Source: an uncultured Porphyromonadaceae bacterium (GTDB lineage: Bacteria; Bacteroidota; Bacteroidia; Bacteroidales; Coprobacteraceae). From it: 64,000 nucleotides of DNA. Numbering within the stretch: position 1 is the stretch's first letter; each line of letters opens with the position of its first letter. The notes below the pieces were generated by a model, which had not been told where the DNA came from, made no database searches, and worked only from the letters and a program-made list of their open reading frames with translations. The position numbers were made by a program, and so were the translations under genes. The stretch is taken from positions 8,153-72,152 of the forward strand of contig URAV01000003.1 in the NCBI GenBank assembly GCA_900545915.1. Direction: 5' to 3'. Shown piece after piece: positions 10,377 to 20,443 of this stretch.

Positions 10377-11456
10377 ATGAATGGAAAAAATCTAATGATT
10401 GCTGTATTATCCGTATTTATGGGATTAATGATGGCTTGTGATGCGACTGTTCATGAGTATCCTGTTCCCGATAAATCGTTTGTTGTCATAGAACCGAATG
10501 TTGATCGGTTGCCTCCTCTTTATTATAAAGAAGTTTTTTATGATGAAGAATGGAATCGTACGATTAAAAATCTGGAAGAAGCACACTCCAAACCGTATGT
10601 TCCAGATGAAGATTTTGCAATGCGTATTATTCTTGATGTTTATGAAAAAAAATCAGGGAAGAATAGAATCGCACAGCAGAGAACCGAGCGACGAATGCTT
10701 TTTGTTGATAAAGATGCATTACCTCCACAAGATACGATACAAGTTTATTTACCGAAAGGTGATTATCAAGTGTTGGCATGGGCGGATTATGTCTATAAAG
10801 ATAATCCTGTCGATCTATTTTATCAGACAGATGTGTTAATGTCCATTAAGGCGAATACGGATGTTTATCCTGTTAATACGCATCATCGAAGTACAGCAGT
10901 CGGTCAGGAGGTGTTTACGGTAGGTTCAGATTTTGAGCCAAATAGTTTTTCTTTTGGAGAGTCCGGGAATTTGCCTTCTACGGTTATTCCAGTTATGATG
11001 GAAAGACCTTCGGGGCGTTACAGAGTAATTGCATCCGATTTTGACGATTTTATCCGGGCTGGAGGTGCACTGGAGGGATTGACTGTAAAAGTAATTTATA
11101 AACAATATATCGGAGTCGGGTATAATGTAGAAGCCCGAAAACCGAATCTGTTTACAACGATGTATAGTTTTAATACGATTCCTTCTCAAATAGTTTATGA
11201 TGGAAAAGAGGCAGTCTCTTTGTTCGGAGATTATTTATTTACCGATTGGGAAAATGAAACGAATATTTTGGCTGATTTTTATTTTTTCGATGCTTCAGGA
11301 ACAGAAATCAGCCATTGCCAGAATATCGAAATTCCTTTGAAGCGTAATCATGAGACTGTATTGAGAGGGTTCTTTCTTACTCGAAAAATAGGCGATGGTA
11401 ATAACGTAAATATCGATGATAGTTTTGGTGGAGAATATGTAGTAGAGATCAACTAA
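10377..11456 (+). CDS. fimbrial operon lipoprotein (FimB/Mfa2-like anchor or DUF3868-type)
   Basis: Lipoprotein signal (LMMAC), beta-rich, 6-bp gap from the upstream gene. Second position of Bacteroidales Mfa-type operons. Confidence 0.35.
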   Translation: MNGKNLMIAVLSVFMGLMMACDATVHEYPVPDKSFVVIEPNVDRLPPLYYKEVFYDEEWNRTIKNLEEAHSKPYVPDEDFAMRIILDVYEKKSGKNRIAQQRTERRMLFVDKDALPPQDTIQVYLPKGDYQVLAWADYVYKDNPVDLFYQTDVLMSIKANTDVYPVNTHHRSTAVGQEVFTVGSDFEPNSFSFGESGNLPSTVIPVMMERPSGRYRVIASDFDDFIRAGGALEGLTVKVIYKQYIGVGYNVEARKPNLFTTMYSFNTIPSQIVYDGKEAVSLFGDYLFTDWENETNILADFYFFDASGTEISHCQNIEIPLKRNHETVLRGFFLTRKIGDGNNVNIDDSFGGEYVVEIN

Positions 11457-11483
11457 TATATTGTTTAACAAAAATGTAATTGT

Positions 11484-13505
11484 ATGAGAAAATTTAAAAA
11501 TTTAGTTATGATCGGATTTTGTTTGCTATTGGTAGCATGTCAATCGGAAGACTTGTTTACCGATGCTCCGGTCGCTGCAGGAGAAGGGAATGTAAATTTT
11601 ACGGTTTCTGCCCCTGATCTTTTACAAATGACGCGTGCAGCTTTAGGTGAAAATAGTAATAGTATGCGTGGGGGAATCACTAATGTAGATTTTGCTGAAT
11701 ATGATTTGCGTTATCAGTTAGCGGTTTATCGCGTGGATGGGGAAGGGGAGAATATCTCCTATACGCAGGTAATTTCTCCTCAGAAAAAAGTTGTGGATAG
11801 CTATCAAGCTGTAAATTATTCTTTACGTCTGACTCCGAACCGGAATTATAAATTTGTCGTTTGGGCGGACTTTGTAAAGCAGGGTACTGATACGGACTTA
11901 CATTATGAAACCAGTAATTTCGAAAATATTACTTGCATAGACGGAGTTGATAAACAACTGAATGATGAGAGTCGGGATGCCTATTTTGCAACTGAAGAGA
12001 TTACAGTAGGTAGCGACGGGGTCATGAAAGATTTGACATTGAAACGTCCTTTTGCTAAACTTCGTGTTGTTGCTACTGATTGGGGAGTATATGATCTGGA
12101 GATGCCAGATAATTTTAAAATAACTTATTACGGATGTAAACGTTTTACTAATATTAATGCAGTGACCGGTTTGTCTGAAAGTACAGATTTGGCTGTTGAC
12201 GTAACGGCAGTTACTGAAGTTTATACAGGTTCGATTGATAAATCTCAAAAAGATTATGCCTTAGGTTATGATAAAAGTATGAATAATAGAACTTTGACAG
12301 TCGATTATCTGATGACCGATGCAACGGAACAGACTCCTATTCATTTTAAGTTCGAAGCATTGGACGGTACTTCACTTGTTAGTTCACATGATTTAAAAAC
12401 AGATATTCCCATTCAACGTAATTGGTTAACGACAGTAATGGGTAATATTTTGACTACAGATGCACAGTTTACTATTGCTATTGATGAAAATTTTGAAAAT
12501 GATTGGGTTGATGCAGAAGAATGGTGGAATCCGGCGGTAATTGTGCCGAAAGAACCTGTCTATGACGAGAGTACCCAAACTTATCATATCTATACGAGAG
12601 AAGAGTTTGCATGGCTACCGGATAATATCCTTGATATGATTACTAAAAAAGATGCAAGTGGTAAATCGGTAAATGTTACGATCCTTTTGGAGAACGATAT
12701 CGATATGAGCGGAGTTGAATGGAAACCTATTTATACTTCAGGAGAACAGACATACACGGTAGATGGTCAAGGGCATACTTTAAGGAATTTCTCTTTGAAT
12801 GGGAAATTCGGTGCAGTGTATGAATATCAGATTTGGGGAATTACTATCGGTAAATATAATGCGTATACGGGAGTTTGGGGTAAGTTTGAAGGTGTAATGA
12901 AGAATTTGACGTTCGAGAACATTACTATTAATGGGCTTGCCGATGATGAAGTGCATACGGATGTTGATGGAAATCCGATAGATCATAGTAAAGAATATGC
13001 TTATTTTGCCGGTTGTGTGGGATATACCGGAGCAAATTATAGTACCGTTGCTCAATTTGAAAATGTGCATGCAAAGCATATACATATTAAAGCCTCTACG
13101 GGTTTGACTACCCAAAATGTCGGAGGTTTGATTGGATGGATCGGTGTAGGTGGAGGAGCTACTTGGTTGGATAACTGTTCTGCCGAAGATATTTATTTAA
13201 CTGGTTATCAGGCTGGAGGATTAGTTGGTCAAATTGTCGGCGGAAGGGGTGTCGCAGTTAAAGATTGTCGGACGGAAAATATTCATATTCGAATGAGAAG
13301 TCGTTCGGGAATATCCGGATTTATTGGACAATATAACGATGGTGCAGGATCGAAAATAGAAAATTGTGTTTATCCTGCACATGTTGAATATATCGATGAT
13401 AAAAATGGAGTATTGACAGATTATGAGCCTGCAAATAATTATTATGGTTCATGTAGTAAAAATAAAGACAAACTTGTCATAACTACATCGACTCCTTTAC
13501 CATGA
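11484..13505 (+). CDS. Mfa1/FimA-family fimbrillin-like lipoprotein fused to a C-terminal GLUG-repeat domain (putative adhesin/tip subunit)
   Basis: Lipoprotein signal (LLLVACQSE). C-terminal third has repeated GGLIGWIG, GGLVGQIVGG and ISGFIGQ (GLUG motif). Operon context. Confidence 0.5.
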   Translation: MRKFKNLVMIGFCLLLVACQSEDLFTDAPVAAGEGNVNFTVSAPDLLQMTRAALGENSNSMRGGITNVDFAEYDLRYQLAVYRVDGEGENISYTQVISPQKKVVDSYQAVNYSLRLTPNRNYKFVVWADFVKQGTDTDLHYETSNFENITCIDGVDKQLNDESRDAYFATEEITVGSDGVMKDLTLKRPFAKLRVVATDWGVYDLEMPDNFKITYYGCKRFTNINAVTGLSESTDLAVDVTAVTEVYTGSIDKSQKDYALGYDKSMNNRTLTVDYLMTDATEQTPIHFKFEALDGTSLVSSHDLKTDIPIQRNWLTTVMGNILTTDAQFTIAIDENFENDWVDAEEWWNPAVIVPKEPVYDESTQTYHIYTREEFAWLPDNILDMITKKDASGKSVNVTILLENDIDMSGVEWKPIYTSGEQTYTVDGQGHTLRNFSLNGKFGAVYEYQIWGITIGKYNAYTGVWGKFEGVMKNLTFENITINGLADDEVHTDVDGNPIDHSKEYAYFAGCVGYTGANYSTVAQFENVHAKHIHIKASTGLTTQNVGGLIGWIGVGGGATWLDNCSAEDIYLTGYQAGGLVGQIVGGRGVAVKDCRTENIHIRMRSRSGISGFIGQYNDGAGSKIENCVYPAHVEYIDDKNGVLTDYEPANNYYGSCSKNKDKLVITTSTPLP

Positions 13506-13543
13506 TATATTATAGCTGATCTTTGTAAAGATTTATTATTGAA

Positions 13544-13710
13544 TTAGAACCTGTTTAAAAATTCGGATAAAGCTTATTATCAGACTTTCTTTGAATTTCT
13601 CTTTCGGTCTGTTTTTTATTTGTCAGGGAAGCCACTATTATTTTAGTGAAAGCAGATAGATATTCTCGAAAGAAATTTTTAAATCCGATTAAATAGGAAC
13701 AGACTCTTAG
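13544..13710 (+). repeat. MITE-like repeat, diverged variant copy E
   Basis: Shares TTAGAACCTGTTTAAAA...TTTCTTTCGGTCT...CTCGAAAGAAA...AGGAACAGACTCTTAG with copy A. Confidence 0.6.
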
Positions 13711-13713
13711 AAA

Positions 13714-13758
13714 GCCGTTTTTAGTTAACTTTATTTTAAACTAAAAACGGCTTTTTAT
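13714..13758 (+). terminator. rho-independent terminator (perfect 13-bp stem GCCGTTTTTAGTT/AACTAAAAACGGC followed by a T-run)
   Basis: Read directly; downstream of the fimbrial operon and abutting MITE variant E. Confidence 0.6.
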
Positions 13759-13954
13759 TATGTTGAAATTTGCAGTCGGTTAAAAGCTATTTTTTCGGTA
13801 TTGGAAAAAAGTCGATTCTGAATGTTATTTAGATAATTCTTGCTTTTTGTAAAAATAATGTTTCTGTTTTTTCATACATATTTCTTTAGAAATAATTATT
13901 GAAGTTGATTATTGATAGTATATTTGAATTCTGATATTTTTAATTTATGGTTAT

Positions 13955-15358
13955 ATGAAAAGATTGGTGTATTTATTATGTTTTGTCTTCATAACTGCCG
14001 TTGCGCAGGGACAGGCCAAGTATGTGTTTTATTTTATTGGGGATGGAATGGGAGTAAATCAGGTAAATGGTACGGAGATGTACCGTGCCGAATTGCAAAA
14101 CGGGCGTATTGGAGTAGAGCCGTTGCTTTTTACTCAATTTCCGGTAGGAACTGTGGCAAGTACGTTTTCTGCTAAAAATTCTGTAACAGATTCGTCTGCG
14201 GCAGGTACGGCTTTGGCTACTGGGATCAAAACTTATAATGGAGCGATAGGGATGGACGAACAACAAAATCCATTACAGACAATAGCAGAAATGGCTAAAA
14301 AAGCGGGTAAAAAAGTAGGTATTGCTACCAGTGTCAGTGTCGACCATGCTACTCCTGCCGCATTTTATGCACATCAGCCTCGCCGTAATATGTATTATGA
14401 AATAGCAACAGATCTTCCGAAAGCCGGATTCGATTTTTATGCAGGTGCGGGTTTTTTAAAACCGACGACTTCGGCAGACAACAAAGAAGCTCCGAGTATT
14501 TTCCCTATGTTTGAAGAAGCCGGATATACATTGGCACGTGGATATGATGATTATAAGGCAAAATCTGATCAGGCACAGAAAATGATATTGATTCAGAAAG
14601 AGGGTGCAGATGCCTCTTGTTTACCCTATGCGATTGATCGCAAAGAAGGGGACTTGACGCTTGCTCAAATTACTGAAAGTGCAATTGATTTTCTTACTAA
14701 AGATAAAAATAAAAAAGGCTTTTTTTTGATGGTAGAAGGGGGCAAAATAGATTGGGGATGCCATTCTAATGACGCTGCTGCGGCTTTTAATGAGGTGATA
14801 GATTTGGATAATGCGATAAGAGTTGCTTATGAATTTTATAAGAAGCACCCTAAAGAGACATTGATTGTCGTTACGGCAGACCATGAAACCGGAGGAATTG
14901 TGCTTGGCAATGGTAAATATGAACTGAATTTGAAGGTTCTGCAATATCAAAAGAATTCGGCAGATATATTATCGAATCAGATCAGTGCGATGCGAAGAAA
15001 TAAGAATAATAAAGTGCTTTGGGATGAAATGAAGGCTTTTCTTTCGGAAAAAATGGGATTTTGGAAAGAGATACCGCTTACGTGGGAACAAGAAAAAAAA
15101 TTACGTGATGAATTTGAAAATTCTTTTGTAAAAAATAAAGTCGTATTTGAAGAAAGCCTATACTCGAAAAATGAACCTATGGCTGCACGTGCGAAGGAGG
15201 TAATTAATGAAATTGCAATGATTAGTTGGGCAAGTGGAAATCATTCGGCCGGTTATGTTCCTGTGTTCGCAATCGGGGAAGAGTCGCAACTTTTTCATGA
15301 AAAAATAGATAATACCGAGATTCCTAAACGAATAGCAAAAGCGGCAAAGTATAAATAG
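13955..15358 (+). CDS. alkaline phosphatase (PhoA family)
   Basis: Signal peptide; FIGDGMG, DSAAAGTALATGIKT, DHATPAAF and DHETGG metal-site motifs; 467 aa. Confidence 0.85.
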   Translation: MKRLVYLLCFVFITAVAQGQAKYVFYFIGDGMGVNQVNGTEMYRAELQNGRIGVEPLLFTQFPVGTVASTFSAKNSVTDSSAAGTALATGIKTYNGAIGMDEQQNPLQTIAEMAKKAGKKVGIATSVSVDHATPAAFYAHQPRRNMYYEIATDLPKAGFDFYAGAGFLKPTTSADNKEAPSIFPMFEEAGYTLARGYDDYKAKSDQAQKMILIQKEGADASCLPYAIDRKEGDLTLAQITESAIDFLTKDKNKKGFFLMVEGGKIDWGCHSNDAAAAFNEVIDLDNAIRVAYEFYKKHPKETLIVVTADHETGGIVLGNGKYELNLKVLQYQKNSADILSNQISAMRRNKNNKVLWDEMKAFLSEKMGFWKEIPLTWEQEKKLRDEFENSFVKNKVVFEESLYSKNEPMAARAKEVINEIAMISWASGNHSAGYVPVFAIGEESQLFHEKIDNTEIPKRIAKAAKYK

Positions 15359-15409
15359 CGCGGATGTCCGCTGTTCATATATAAATAGCTGTTTTTTTAT
15401 AATGCTTGT

Positions 15410-15500
15410 TTAAGAGTCTGTCTGAATTTTCCGACAAAAAAGTATTTTCAGAAGAAATTTCCGAATCTGATATAGGGTAAATTTAGAACAGAATCTAAGA
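15410..15500 (+). repeat. MITE-like repeat, short variant copy F
   Basis: TTAAGAGTCTGTCTGAATTTTCCGACAAAAAAGTATT...AAATTTAGAACAGAATCTAAGA; has TIR-like ends but a truncated interior. Confidence 0.5.
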
Positions 15501-15507
15501 CTATAAA

Positions 15508-15544
15508 AAGAGTCCGTTTCAAAATAATTCTGAAACGGGCTCTT
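15508..15544. terminator. hairpin terminator between convergent genes (AAGAGTCCGTTTC...GAAACGGGCTCTT)
   Basis: Inverted repeat read directly between the alkaline phosphatase (+) and GH99-like (-) genes. Confidence 0.5.
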
Positions 15545-15589
15545 AACATGTGTAGTTGTGTATTTGTGTGTGAATTGTATATCTTTATT

Positions 15590-16888
15590 TTAATTTCGTT
15601 CCGGCATTTTTTTTGTCAGAGGCATCTCTTTTCGTAACATTTGAGTCGCTTTACCGGTGAGCCATAGATAATGGTCCGAAGGTTTTCCATCCATTCCGAT
15701 AAACTGGGATATTTTAGTTACAGGAGGTGTATCGGTACATTTAAATATCGCAGTGCCTTCGTCTATTTCATCAAACATAGCTACATAGATCATTTCTCCT
15801 CCGGCTTTCATGGCATTATACATTTGATCCCAGAAAAATTTCCCTCCTTGACGCGGTATCGAACCTGATGGTTTTATGTCATCGGGAAATTGAATCGTGC
15901 TTAAATTATGCCAACTAAAACCCGGAGTGACGCAAGGTACATAATCTATTTTGTTCTTTTTACACCATTGGATATCGGCTTTGGTCTCGTCATGATAACG
16001 GTCCATATCGTTATGTAATAGCGGAGTATAACGTTGTACGGTCCAAGGTAGTAATAAATCTGCTTTTTTGATTATTGTGTGCAGATAAGGATCATTGGTA
16101 CAATCGAAATTCAGATCGCGCCAAGCTGTAGGAACTCCCAGCATGACAGCGCAGCCTCCGTATACCGGATCATTTTGTAAGAAATCGATTAGTTTTTCTA
16201 TACCTATTTCGTTAACCTTGTATGGACGATCTGTAAATCCTAATCCCCATATTGCAACGACCGGTTTTTGGTTATGGTGCAGGTATGTTTTACTACCGTT
16301 TTGGTTCGTAACTTTTAGTTGATCGACCAGATATTTCCAGTCTTCAATAATAACCGAACAATCTTCTTTTTTGTGCCTTAATCCTGACAAGTCGTACATA
16401 ATCGCTATGGCTCGATCATATTTCGAAGCGGCGTCAAATGCATTTTTAAGAATGATATCAGGTAGTGATTGTTCACCCCTTCCTCGTGCGTAATCAAAGA
16501 AGCGTTGCATAAATACTCCGTCTATACCATATTCTTTCATCCATTTAAAATGGAGGTCTGTCGTGCTGATATCATAAGAGCTGAATATACGTGCCGTAGA
16601 TCCATCGGCATTTTTAAATTCTGTAGGATAAGTTTTTGAATATTCCCGTACATCAGGCCAAATATCTATATGGCAACTTCCATCTTTAAAACCGTTTTTA
16701 CCCGCCATGTGGCGGAATCCTCCGCTTTTACCATCTTCCGGAGTTCCGAACCAACCTTGATATCCCGCCATAATCATCCCTTTGTAACTTGGGTATTTGG
16801 TCTCTTTGGCATGTTTTGTTGCACCTTGCATGGTCGGGATCATAAGGTAAGAACACATTGCAAGAGTTAAAATTTTCAGCACTTTCAT
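15590..16888 (-). CDS. GH99-like glycoside hydrolase (endo-alpha-1,2-mannosidase family), paralog 1
   Basis: Signal peptide. Conserved MAGYQGWF near the N-terminus and MFDEIDEGTAIF near the C-terminus (E374-x-x-E377). This matches the ExxE catalytic pair I recall for GH99 (BxGH99 E333/E336, human MANEA E404/E407). About 55% identical to paralog 2 over the aligned N-terminal part. Confidence 0.5.
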   Translation of the reverse strand: MKVLKILTLAMCSYLMIPTMQGATKHAKETKYPSYKGMIMAGYQGWFGTPEDGKSGGFRHMAGKNGFKDGSCHIDIWPDVREYSKTYPTEFKNADGSTARIFSSYDISTTDLHFKWMKEYGIDGVFMQRFFDYARGRGEQSLPDIILKNAFDAASKYDRAIAIMYDLSGLRHKKEDCSVIIEDWKYLVDQLKVTNQNGSKTYLHHNQKPVVAIWGLGFTDRPYKVNEIGIEKLIDFLQNDPVYGGCAVMLGVPTAWRDLNFDCTNDPYLHTIIKKADLLLPWTVQRYTPLLHNDMDRYHDETKADIQWCKKNKIDYVPCVTPGFSWHNLSTIQFPDDIKPSGSIPRQGGKFFWDQMYNAMKAGGEMIYVAMFDEIDEGTAIFKCTDTPPVTKISQFIGMDGKPSDHYLWLTGKATQMLRKEMPLTKKMPERN

Positions 16889-17022
16889 TTTTTATTTTTT
16901 GTCGTGTCGTTATTAAATTTTGTGTTTCAAAGGTATTTGGGAACACTTAATAAAAGGACATTAACTCTATTAACAGAAGTATAAAAAAGCGATTAAATTG
17001 ATTTTTTTACTTGATTAATAAT

Positions 17023-17068
17023 AAAAACCGCTCTTTTTATCATTGTAAAAAGAGCGGTTTTTATTATT
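17023..17068. terminator. terminator hairpin (AAAAACCGCTCTTTTT/AAAAAGAGCGGTTTTT, symmetric)
   Basis: 16-bp perfect inverted repeat with A/T runs on both sides, just downstream of the GH2 stop at 17087. Confidence 0.65.
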
Positions 17069-17086
17069 TCTAAGAGAAATCTCTCT

Positions 17087-20000
17087 TTAAGGTTTTTCTA
17101 ATACCGAATCCATTTCTTCGGCAAGATAATCCGGTTGATTACAGATTAAGCGTCCGTTGAAGAACCAACCGCCTCCGCCTTGAATAGCTTTGATAAGGAA
17201 GTGATTCCAGCCTTGGTGCAAAGGCAACCCTTTTGATACGGCTTTACCACCTTCAATAGGGCCTTCGCGAAGATTACTGATGATCATTTTTCCGTTCAAC
17301 CATACTTGCACGGCATCATCAGCAGCTACTTCGAGATCGACGACAGGCATGTTCGGTTCTATAAGCAGGTCATCTAATGGTCTCGGACTGAATACCCAAA
17401 AGCTCATATAGGCTTCTGCGTTTTGGGTAGGACCGTCTAATTTTGCTTGTTTGAAGTCGATCAAACCGCTTTGCGAATGATATTTTTTCCATGTTTTTCC
17501 GTCGAGTGTCGTATTTTCCTTAATAGCATCGACTTTAGTTAAGTCAACACGGTTTTGCGTTCCTGCCTCTTTTACAGAAGATACAGGGTAGCTTCCACTC
17601 ATCAATACACGTACGATTTCTCCTGATTTTAATAATGGTTTACCGGAGTCGCTACCTGATCCTAATTCAATGCCCATATTGGTAAGAAGTGCCCGAACTG
17701 CTTTTTCTGCTTTAGCGCCACGGGGTGCAGCAGGGATAGTCGTAACGACCAAGTTTCCTTGTCCCATTTTCTTTTTGAGCATTACAACGCCTTCGGGTTT
17801 GCTTTCTTTTTCGGTACGTAGAATCATACCTGTCTTGGCATATTCCGGTTGTTTATTCCATTTCATCCAGTCAGTATCGCATGCCTTAAGCAATGTCGTG
17901 CTGTTTTTTACTAAAGAACCACCTAATCCGACGGTCGTAAATTCTGCCGGATGTAATTCAGAGAAATAGAGATCGGCTTCGGTAAGACCAGAAGTAATAT
18001 CGTCCGGAGTGCCGAATACCAAAGACGTTGCTTTGCGATCGGTTATTACTACCGGAGACGGTAATATTTTATTCAGTTCGTTTACTTTTTTCGGATCAGC
18101 CCCCCAAATAACTACCGTACCGCCTTTAGCATATACTTTTTGCATAACAGATGTGGCATTTGCCGGAATATTTGCACCGTCGATGATCAGCAGTTCGGGT
18201 ACGGTTTCGGTATTCATTTTCTTCACAGGAATGCCGGTACGGAACAATTCCCTGCTTAATTTACCGTTTTCGGGTAATATTTTTATCGATTTTACTTTTT
18301 TCACGTTAGCGACTTTTGCCGGAGTTACGTTTTTAACCACCCATTTGCAAGGTTGCATGGGTTCGGCATTTGCAGCTTTAATTGCATCGAATAGCGGCCA
18401 TGTTTTGTATAATGGCAGAGATTGATCGTAACCGGGGTTAACAGTTGTACTGTATGGTCCGATGCGTTCTGGCTGTACACCCGGTTTCCCTTCTACGAAA
18501 GAGGTGAATGCTATACCGTCTTTTAATGTAGGAGCTTTTGTCTGATCTTTTAGACCGATTGGGAGGGGTTGCAATCCGTACCAAATTAAATTGAATACAC
18601 ATCGGTAGCTGGCTTTGTATTTACGTTGATTTGCTAAAGAGTTATAAGCATCTACAGCAACGCTTTCCATACGTCCTTCAAATGAACGGTATGCACGTCC
18701 ACCATCTTTTGCAGCGTTGGAGACTTGTTCGGGTGTTCCGTAATATGCGTTACAAGCTTCACCGACACCCCAAGGTTTTCCGCTGTCTAAAGCTCTTTTC
18801 ATAGCACCTTCTCCACCGTAGTGAACCATGTAAAACGGTAATAATCCGCGTCCGTCGTCTTCCCCGTCGGCCGAAGCCCATGCACGTGAGGGATCATATT
18901 TAAAGCATATATCAGACCATATTTTAAAATGTTTTACCAAATTGTCTTCTAATCCCGGAGCATTACGCATGACACCTCGGATAATCGGCATAATTTCATT
19001 GGAAACGCTCCATCCGAATACTGATGGGTGGTTGCGGTCACGCAGTACAAGTTGCTTCATGTGCTCTTCACTGCATTTCCAAAATTCTTCACTGCCCAGT
19101 TTTTGACCTCCGTCACTGGCCCACATGGCGCTCTCGTCTAAAACAAGCATACCCATTTCATCTGCTACATCAAGATAAAATGTCGGGTAAGGTTGAGCGT
19201 GGAAACGTACGGCATTGCAGTTTGCAGCACGTAATGCTGTGTACCATGCCCAAGCATAGCGGCGTGTCATTTGAGGGATACCCATAAAATGCCATGAGTC
19301 TCCTTTTAATACGAAAGGTTCTCCGTTCAACCAGAATTGTCCGTCTTTCAGTTCGGTTTGTCTCCAGCCGAAGCGAGTGTATTTGCTGTCATTCGTTTTT
19401 CCGTTTACCGCAGTTTTTACTACTAATCCATATAAGTTTGGAGAAGAAGGTGACCACAATTTCAATTTATTGTCAACAGTCGTTTTCAACGTTGTTTTTA
19501 TTTCTTTTCCTGCAGGTATAGTTATTTTTTGAACCGGAATTTGTAATGCCGCTTGAGTGCCTAACTGTGAACTCGGATTTGCAGCTGTAAGAGTCGTTTT
19601 CCCGGCTTTTGATATCCATGGGTAAGCCGCTGCGCTAAGACTTACTTCAACCGCTTTATTTTCATCGTTGCGGAGTGTTACTTCAACCTCTAATGTGTTT
19701 TTATTGACAATGGGTTGAATATATACATCTGCTACACGGGTTTGCGGCAGAGCTACGAGATATACATCTTGCCAGATACCGGCAATGTGTTGTCCCCAGA
19801 ATGACCCGCCTTGATATGTTCTTCGTCCCAATGGACTTTTTCTATCATCGAAAAGAGAAGATTTTAGAATCCCTACATTCAGTACATTTTCTTGTCCGAA
19901 TTTAACAACATCGGTAATATCTACGTCAAAAGGCATGAAAATGTCGAAGTTGTTACCGACAATTTTACCATTGACATATACATCGGTTTTTCCGGCGACA

Positions 20001-20443
20001 GCTTCAAAGTGAATTTGTATTCTTTTTCCTTTCCAAGAAGCCGGAACGGTAAACTTTTTCTGTAACCATCCCATTTTTATCGATTCCCACTCTTTAGGAT
20101 AACTCGGATATGTACGATGGTCTCCACCTAATCCGTTTTTATCGGCAAAACTATTGACATTCCAAGGTGATGGAATGCGAATCGGAGTTTTGCTGAATGT
20201 TACTTCATTTACTCCGGGTAAAGCCGGTGCGGCGGTTTCGCCTTCTTTAAATCCTGCCGGTAATTGTACGGGAGCAAAAGCCCATGTCCCGTTCAGGCAG
20301 ATTTCTTCCCGGTAAGGTTTTTCTACCGGTTTGATCCAATGCTCTGAAGGAGCGAACTCCATGCTGCTTTTCATTGTTTGTCCGGTTGCAGATGCTGCAA
20401 CAAACAATAAGCACAATGCAGTCCAAAAACTGTGTTGTTTCAT
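17087..20443 (-). CDS. glycoside hydrolase family 2 protein (large, 1118 aa, extra C-terminal domains)
   Basis: Signal peptide; GH2 sugar-binding N-terminus; acid/base region HPSVFGWSVSNEIMP. Confidence 0.8.
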   Translation of the reverse strand: MKQHSFWTALCLLFVAASATGQTMKSSMEFAPSEHWIKPVEKPYREEICLNGTWAFAPVQLPAGFKEGETAAPALPGVNEVTFSKTPIRIPSPWNVNSFADKNGLGGDHRTYPSYPKEWESIKMGWLQKKFTVPASWKGKRIQIHFEAVAGKTDVYVNGKIVGNNFDIFMPFDVDITDVVKFGQENVLNVGILKSSLFDDRKSPLGRRTYQGGSFWGQHIAGIWQDVYLVALPQTRVADVYIQPIVNKNTLEVEVTLRNDENKAVEVSLSAAAYPWISKAGKTTLTAANPSSQLGTQAALQIPVQKITIPAGKEIKTTLKTTVDNKLKLWSPSSPNLYGLVVKTAVNGKTNDSKYTRFGWRQTELKDGQFWLNGEPFVLKGDSWHFMGIPQMTRRYAWAWYTALRAANCNAVRFHAQPYPTFYLDVADEMGMLVLDESAMWASDGGQKLGSEEFWKCSEEHMKQLVLRDRNHPSVFGWSVSNEIMPIIRGVMRNAPGLEDNLVKHFKIWSDICFKYDPSRAWASADGEDDGRGLLPFYMVHYGGEGAMKRALDSGKPWGVGEACNAYYGTPEQVSNAAKDGGRAYRSFEGRMESVAVDAYNSLANQRKYKASYRCVFNLIWYGLQPLPIGLKDQTKAPTLKDGIAFTSFVEGKPGVQPERIGPYSTTVNPGYDQSLPLYKTWPLFDAIKAANAEPMQPCKWVVKNVTPAKVANVKKVKSIKILPENGKLSRELFRTGIPVKKMNTETVPELLIIDGANIPANATSVMQKVYAKGGTVVIWGADPKKVNELNKILPSPVVITDRKATSLVFGTPDDITSGLTEADLYFSELHPAEFTTVGLGGSLVKNSTTLLKACDTDWMKWNKQPEYAKTGMILRTEKESKPEGVVMLKKKMGQGNLVVTTIPAAPRGAKAEKAVRALLTNMGIELGSGSDSGKPLLKSGEIVRVLMSGSYPVSSVKEAGTQNRVDLTKVDAIKENTTLDGKTWKKYHSQSGLIDFKQAKLDGPTQNAEAYMSFWVFSPRPLDDLLIEPNMPVVDLEVAADDAVQVWLNGKMIISNLREGPIEGGKAVSKGLPLHQGWNHFLIKAIQGGGGWFFNGRLICNQPDYLAEEMDSVLEKP

